DNA from: an uncultured Bacilli bacterium
Lineage (GTDB): Bacteria > Bacillota_I > Bacilli_A > RF39 > UBA660
Assembly (NCBI GenBank): GCA_947628235.1
Contig: CANQZC010000008.1
Span: 2,273 to 66,272 of the forward strand
Direction: 5' to 3'
Length of the DNA: 64,000 nucleotides
The notes under the pieces were generated by a model that saw only the letters and a program-made list of their open reading frames with translations, ran no database searches and had not been told where the DNA came from. The translations under genes were made by a program, and so were the position numbers. This document shows positions 58,854-64,000 of the stretch, in pieces. The first letter of the stretch is position 1, and the number at the start of each line of letters is the position of its first letter.

Positions 58854-59348
58854 ATGAAGAAAGAAGAAGTCTATGATTTTATCAAAAGTAAGAATATCTG
58901 GTATGAAATTACAGAACATCAAGCGGTTTATAACATGCAAGAGTTAAAAAAGATAAACTTACCATATCAAGAAGATGATGGAAAAAATCTCTTCGTTAGA
59001 GATAATAAAAAAAGAAACTATTATTTAATTACTGTAAAAGGCGATAAAAGACTAGATTTAAAGGCTTTTAGTGATACTTATCATACGCGTCGTTTAAGCT
59101 TTGCAAGTGAAGCAGATTTACTTCATATTTTAAATTTAAAACCAGGATCAGTAACCCCTTTAGGATTATTAAATGATAAAGATTTACAAGTGACTTTTTA
59201 TTTAGATGAAGACTTTTTAAAGGAAAATGGCATTATAGGTGTTCATCCTAATGATAATACGGCAACGGTTTGGTTAAAAACTCTAGATTTGATAGCTCTA
59301 ATTCAAGAACATGGAAATCTAGTAAAGATTGTAAAAATAGAGAAATAG
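58854..59348 (+). CDS. YbaK/ProX (PrdX) aminoacyl-tRNA editing protein
   Basis: KNLFVRD, LSFASE, PGSVTPLGL, HPNDNTAT. Confidence 0.92.
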   Translation: MKKEEVYDFIKSKNIWYEITEHQAVYNMQELKKINLPYQEDDGKNLFVRDNKKRNYYLITVKGDKRLDLKAFSDTYHTRRLSFASEADLLHILNLKPGSVTPLGLLNDKDLQVTFYLDEDFLKENGIIGVHPNDNTATVWLKTLDLIALIQEHGNLVKIVKIEK

Positions 59349-59446
59349 TAGGCTTCTAGAGAAAATATTTTAGTTCGTAACTTAGTTGTAACATTTCTTC
59401 CTTTATAATGAAGTTGTGTCAGAAAATATTATAAAGGAGATTTCTT

Positions 59447-60796
59447 ATGAAGAAAAAAATATCTATCATCTTATATGGTATTGCTAGTTTCCTTGGACTT
59501 ATCTATTGGATTGGAGAGATAACTCCTAATTTTAATTTATCAGAAACGGGCAGATTATTTCTATTGTGTGGTAGTTGTTTCTTCCTTTACTTGGGAGGCC
59601 TATTACTTTCAAAAATAAAAGCAAATAATAAACCTATGAAAATTAACTTATGGATTTTCTTTGCACTTTATGTTTTGCTTCTTGTGACCCTAACTTTATT
59701 TGATTCTATGTGGGGAAGAAATGGTTTTTCCTGGATAAATTGGTTTCATGATGATTTTCTTTCCTTTGTCAAACATTCCATGAACTTAATTCCATTTAAA
59801 ACAATTATGGAATTCGCTAAAGAATTTAACAGTATGTATAGCAATCGTACTATCCTTTTAAATTTATTTGGAAACTTTATTGCGCTTATGCCGATGGCTT
59901 TCTTTTTACCACTATTATTTCCAAAACAAAATAAATTTAAAAACTTTTTTTGGACATCCTTCTTTATTGTACTTGGTATCGAATTAACACAGTTATTAAC
60001 CGCATCCGGTAGATTTGATATCGATGATATCATCTTAAATGTTACGGGCGCTACTGTGATGTATTTTATTTTAAAAATCAAAGAGGTAGATCATCTAATC
60101 AAGAATATCTTTCTATTAGAAAACAATCCCATTTCTAAGAAAAGTTATTTGGTAATGACAATGTCTATATTACTAGTGATTTTAGGGACTATTTTATTAG
60201 TGAAATTTAGAAGCAAATTATATAGGGATAATTTGGATCAATATAACAAAATTCATAACCCTAGTATTGCCATTCTAGATGAATCCGAAAATGTTTGTGA
60301 TCCAGGATTCGACTTATTTTATGAGGATGATTTGTATCGTTACTATTTTCCTTGCCGGAAAAGTGATAATGTATACGCTATTATCAATCAAGAAGAAAAG
60401 TATTTGGTAAAAGACTTCATGAAGAATGAAACTTATCATTATTCGATTGATAGGATGTTATCGGTATTAGATTTTTATGAAGTAAAATATGTAAAAGAAA
60501 ATAAGTATCCATATATTCTCTTATCAATTAAAGTTCCAACAGGGGATAATGGTAGTTTTTCAAGTCCTAACATCGATATTAAAGTAGAAAAGGAAAATCT
60601 CTTAGATACTAGATATGACTATGAAAATGATTTTGAAAATGCTACATTTCAGTATAAAGTACATTTGATTCCAAAAGTATCAGGTACTACGAAGATAGAA
60701 GTATCATTTACAGATCATAATCATAATCTATTAGGAAATTATCAGTACACTATTCAAATAGATGAAAAGTTAAATCTAGAATATCAAGAATCATGA
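59447..60796 (+). CDS. VanZ-domain membrane protein with extracellular C-terminal domain
   Basis: NLIPFKTI, NLFGN...MP, IELTQ, G.FDIDDIILN..GA. Confidence 0.88.
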   Translation: MKKKISIILYGIASFLGLIYWIGEITPNFNLSETGRLFLLCGSCFFLYLGGLLLSKIKANNKPMKINLWIFFALYVLLLVTLTLFDSMWGRNGFSWINWFHDDFLSFVKHSMNLIPFKTIMEFAKEFNSMYSNRTILLNLFGNFIALMPMAFFLPLLFPKQNKFKNFFWTSFFIVLGIELTQLLTASGRFDIDDIILNVTGATVMYFILKIKEVDHLIKNIFLLENNPISKKSYLVMTMSILLVILGTILLVKFRSKLYRDNLDQYNKIHNPSIAILDESENVCDPGFDLFYEDDLYRYYFPCRKSDNVYAIINQEEKYLVKDFMKNETYHYSIDRMLSVLDFYEVKYVKENKYPYILLSIKVPTGDNGSFSSPNIDIKVEKENLLDTRYDYENDFENATFQYKVHLIPKVSGTTKIEVSFTDHNHNLLGNYQYTIQIDEKLNLEYQES

Positions 60797-60812
60797 AATT
60801 AAGGAGAGATTC

Positions 60813-61103
60813 ATGAAAGAAAAAGTATATGAATTTTTAAGAACGATTCCAAAAGGAAAGGTAGTCACTTATGGTCAAATAGCAGAATATCTAGGAGATA
60901 AACATCTTGCGCGAGTAGTTGGAAATATTCTTCATCACAATCCTGATGAATATCAATATCCTTGCTATAAAGTAGTAGATGGAAAAGGGAATCTATCAAG
61001 AAATTTTGCTTTTGGAGGAATAGAGAGGCAAAAAGAAAGATTAGAAGAAGAAGGAATTGTGGTTAATCATTATAAAGTTGATTTAGATAAATATCGTTAT
61101 TAG
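60813..61103 (+). CDS. MGMT/ATL-family alkylguanine DNA repair protein
   Basis: IPKGKVVTYGQIA, ARVVG, PCYKVV, L..EG. Confidence 0.9.
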   Translation: MKEKVYEFLRTIPKGKVVTYGQIAEYLGDKHLARVVGNILHHNPDEYQYPCYKVVDGKGNLSRNFAFGGIERQKERLEEEGIVVNHYKVDLDKYRY

Positions 61104-61110
61104 AATTCAA

Positions 61111-61162
61111 TTTATAGAAGCAAACCCTATGTGAGGTTTGCTTTTTATGGTATAATAGTGAA
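61111..61162 (+). repeat. Intergenic hairpin plus extended -10 element, copy 2
   Basis: TTTATAGAAGCAAAC-N10-GTTTGCTTTTTATGGTATAATAGT. Confidence 0.7.
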
Positions 61163-61195
61163 CAGAAAATAATGATTTGAAGGAGTGTGGATACG

Positions 61196-61531
61196 ATGAA
61201 TAATAGAGAGTATTTAGGAAAAATATTGAATATCGAAATCGATCGAGAATATGGTAGTAAACATCCTAAACATGGTTTTATTTATCCAGTCAATTATGGG
61301 TATGTTCCAAATACTGTCAGTGGCGATGGCGAAGAACTAGATTGTTATTTATTGGGGGTTTTTGAACCTGTAAAATCATTTCGAGGAAAATGTATTGCTA
61401 TTGTTCATAGAACGAATGATAATGATGATAAATTAATCATAGTACCTGAAAATAAAGAGTATACCGACGATGCGATTAATGCCTTAATTGAATTTCAAGA
61501 ACAATACTTTGAACATATCATTATAAGATAA
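61196..61531 (+). CDS. Short family I-like inorganic diphosphatase
   Basis: YPVNYGYVP, GDGEELD, DDKLI. Confidence 0.85.
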   Translation: MNNREYLGKILNIEIDREYGSKHPKHGFIYPVNYGYVPNTVSGDGEELDCYLLGVFEPVKSFRGKCIAIVHRTNDNDDKLIIVPENKEYTDDAINALIEFQEQYFEHIIIR

Positions 61532-61554
61532 ATGGTAAGTTATATAAGTAGGAG

Positions 61555-62229
61555 ATGAGATTTGTGATGGATTATTTTCATAAAATATGCAAGGATAAAG
61601 AAATAATAGAAATATACGAAAGAATTCACAAATATGAAGATGCGGAAGGTGGTTATGCATATCATGATTATAACCATGTTAATAATGTTGCGAATTATTG
61701 CGAAAAAATATTAAGGTCATTAAAATATGATGATGATTTTATCAGTGAAGCAAAAATAGCGGCTATTTTACATGATACAGGTTGTACTGAAGGAAAGGAA
61801 AATCATGCATATAGAAGTTATGAATTTGCTAAGAAATATATAGAAACAAATCATATTCCTTTAAAAAATAAAGAATTGGTATTAGATGCCATCAAAAATC
61901 ATAGTGAAGGATTTATTACCGATAACATAATTCAACTTGTTATTATATTGGCAGATAAGATAGATATCAAGAAATCTAGAATTAGTGAAAGTGGTAAACA
62001 AGTAATAGGAAATAGACAATATCAATATATAAATGATATTCAGTTTGAAGTAAAAAACAATAATTTTTATATCAATTTTATATGTGATGAAAAAATTAAT
62101 TTAGAGGAATTAAACAATTATTATTTTACTAAAAAAGTTTTTAAAGCAATTCAATCTTTTTCTAATAAAATGAACTTATCTCCTAAAGTGTTTATGAATG
62201 GTAAATCATGGGAAGAATTTTATAAATAG
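61555..62229 (+). CDS. HD-domain phosphohydrolase
   Basis: H...H, AILHDTG, NH, KNH, ADKID. Confidence 0.85.
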   Translation: MRFVMDYFHKICKDKEIIEIYERIHKYEDAEGGYAYHDYNHVNNVANYCEKILRSLKYDDDFISEAKIAAILHDTGCTEGKENHAYRSYEFAKKYIETNHIPLKNKELVLDAIKNHSEGFITDNIIQLVIILADKIDIKKSRISESGKQVIGNRQYQYINDIQFEVKNNNFYINFICDEKINLEELNNYYFTKKVFKAIQSFSNKMNLSPKVFMNGKSWEEFYK

Positions 62230-62271
62230 CAATTTGTTAAACTTTCCATAATTGGATGAGAGGAGAAAATT

Positions 62272-62538
62272 ATGAGTAATAAAGAGACAGTAGGAAAAAT
62301 CATTAAAGTTAAAAAATTATGGTGGTTGAAAATCAATAAAAAACCTATTAGAACAACATCTTTAGACGGCGCTATCTTCCCATCATCATTACAAGTTCAA
62401 TATCGTGTTAGTGGTAAGGAACATATTGGAAAGAAAATAGTTACTTGGGATAATAGTTTTACGCAAGTAGGACAAGAGGTTATTGTCGTGTATAATGAAG
62501 ATAAACCACAAAAAATATTAAGTTTAAGAAAAAAGTAA
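62272..62538 (+). CDS. Small hypothetical protein (DUF3592-like beta fold)
   Basis: GKI..V, V.Y.V.GK, G..V.V.Y...P. Confidence 0.6.
   Translation: MSNKETVGKIIKVKKLWWLKINKKPIRTTSLDGAIFPSSLQVQYRVSGKEHIGKKIVTWDNSFTQVGQEVIVVYNEDKPQKILSLRKK
62497..62538 (+). repeat. Direct repeat, left copy (gene 3' end)
   Basis: GAAGATAAACCACAAAAAATAT identical to 63616-63637, then imperfect to the stop codon. Confidence 0.85.
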
Positions 62539-62784
62539 GTTACAATTTGTGTCAGTAAGATAAATAATAATTTGTATAATTGAACACTTTGAAAAATTGT
62601 CCTTTTTTGAACTATTTATATATTGATTTTTCGATGAATCTATATTTGATATAAACCTTTTCAACTTTTTATTTATAAATTTATTGGATTACGAACATTT
62701 GTATGATATAATGTCGTTATTAGAAAGGCTGAAAATAGAAGAAAAAATTTGTAAATATACATCAAAATTGCAAAAGGAGGAAAA

Positions 62785-63612
62785 ATGTTGGAATTAAAAG
62801 TAGATAATCAAATTATTAATTATGTTAAAATAAATGATGAAGATTACATTTCCATAACAGATATGCTTAGATCGAAAGATGGAGATTTTTTTGTCTCTGA
62901 TTGGCTTAGAAATAGAAATACTATTGAATTTTTAGGAATTTGGGAAGAACTTCATAATCCTAATTTTAATTATGGCGAATTCGCCATAATTAAAAGTCAA
63001 GCAGGCTTAAATAGTTACAAGATTAGTGTTAAAGATTGGGTTAGTAAAACGAATGCGATAGGAATAATATCAAAAGTTGGAAGATATGGTGGAACCTATG
63101 CCCATAAAGATATTGCTTTTGAATTTGGTATGTGGATTAGTCCAAAATTTAAATTATTGTTAATTAAAGAGTTCGAAAGATTAAAGCAAGAGGAACAAAA
63201 GCAATTAGGATGGAGTGCCAAAAGAGAATTATCGAAAATCAATTATAAAATTCATACCGAAGCAATTAAAAATAACTTAATACCAAAAAAATTAAACAAA
63301 GATCAAATAAATTTTGTTTATGCTGAAGAAGCGGATGTATTAAACATGGCGCTGTTTGGAATGACCGCAAAGGAATGGAGACAAAAAAACACTAATTTAA
63401 ATGGTAATATTAGAGATTATGCTTCCATTGATGAACTGATATGCTTAGCCAATTTAGAAAATTTAAATTCAGTATTTATTAATTATGGATTGTCACAAGC
63501 TGAAAGACTTGAGGAATTGAATAAAATTGCTATTTCACAAATAAAAGTATTATCAGAAAATAATATGAAATTTTTAAATAGTACTGAAACAAAGCATATT
63601 AGAAATAGCTAA
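62785..63612 (+). CDS. KilA-N domain DNA-binding protein
   Basis: DYISITD, WLRN..TIEFLG.WE..HNP.F, GRYGGTYAH.DIAFEF..WISP.F. Confidence 0.93.
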   Translation: MLELKVDNQIINYVKINDEDYISITDMLRSKDGDFFVSDWLRNRNTIEFLGIWEELHNPNFNYGEFAIIKSQAGLNSYKISVKDWVSKTNAIGIISKVGRYGGTYAHKDIAFEFGMWISPKFKLLLIKEFERLKQEEQKQLGWSAKRELSKINYKIHTEAIKNNLIPKKLNKDQINFVYAEEADVLNMALFGMTAKEWRQKNTNLNGNIRDYASIDELICLANLENLNSVFINYGLSQAERLEELNKIAISQIKVLSENNMKFLNSTETKHIRNS

Positions 63613-63615
63613 TAA

Positions 63616-63657
63616 GAAGATAAACCACAAAAAATATCATCTTTAAGAAGAAAATAA
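63616..63657 (+). repeat. Direct repeat, right copy (displaced gene 3' end)
   Basis: Reads EDKPQKISSLRRK* versus EDKPQKILSLRKK* in the left copy. Confidence 0.85.
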
Positions 63658-63693
63658 TTAGAAAGTAGAACTAATGAAAAGGAGAAATAGATT

Positions 63694-64000
63694 ATGAAAG
63701 TATTATTGGTAAATGGCGGACCACATAGAGAAGGATGCGTTTATACTGCTCTTACTGAGGTGGCAAAAGAATTAAATCAGGAAGGAATTGAAACGGAAAT
63801 ATTTTGGATAGGGGTAAAACCTATATCTGGATGTATTGCATGTCATAAATGTTCAGAACTTGGAAAATGTGTATTTTCTGATGTGGTAAATGAATTTGCT
63901 TTAAAGGCAAAGAGTGCGGATGGTTTTATCTTTGGAACACCTGTTCATTATGCTTCAGCATCAGGAGCCATGACTTCCTTCATGGATAGACTTTTTTATT
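63694..64000 (+). CDS. Iron-sulfur flavoprotein / NADPH-dependent FMN reductase family, 3'-truncated (not in the ORF track)
   Basis: MKVLLVNGGPHREG...GCIACHKC....KC...GTPVHY; AAGGAG RBS. Confidence 0.9.
   Translation, partial: MKVLLVNGGPHREGCVYTALTEVAKELNQEGIETEIFWIGVKPISGCIACHKCSELGKCVFSDVVNEFALKAKSADGFIFGTPVHYASASGAMTSFMDRLFY

Noticed and set aside
55698-60796. Vancomycin resistance cluster (SanA, VanZ)
   Set aside because: Both are widespread families; no vanHAX or vanRS genes present.
61555-62229. HD protein as DatZ partner of the PurZ-like gene
   Set aside because: It is 21 kb away and its motif layout is that of a generic HD hydrolase rather than the YfbR-like DatZ; no evidence of linkage.

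Overview
Gene-dense, AT-rich bacterial chromosomal segment using standard code 11 (TGA acts as stop, Trp is TGG), with Firmicutes-style sigma-A promoters and RBSs. Gene content and style suggest an uncultured, reduced-genome gut Bacilli lineage such as RF39/UBA660 (inference only). Most of the ~58 CDSs are on the + strand. Housekeeping and stress genes include topA, an aquaporin, a ZIP transporter, csoR-copZ-copA, an ArsR/CadC-cadA pair, ttcA, ABC exporters and carD. I found no rRNA, tRNA, CRISPR array, transposase or phage structural gene. Standout observations: (1) a solitary, promoter-equipped adenylosuccinate-synthetase homologue with PurZ (2-aminoadenine pathway) signatures in a non-phage context; (2) a dockerin-bearing M60-family metallopeptidase followed by a membrane-anchored cohesin-like protein, a candidate minimal cellulosome-like mucin-attack system; (3) a stripped-down type VII secretion locus (essC, esaB/yukD, tandem WXG100-like proteins, a putative effector with no immunity gene); (4) an ITPase/RdgB homologue with rewritten base-specificity motifs; (5) a 1065-aa repeat protein paired with a cold-shock-like protein; (6) a carD plus stand-alone RNAP alpha-CTD-like operon; (7) a KilA-N cassette inserted with duplication of a gene 3' end. 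All calls come from motif reading; no database searches were run.
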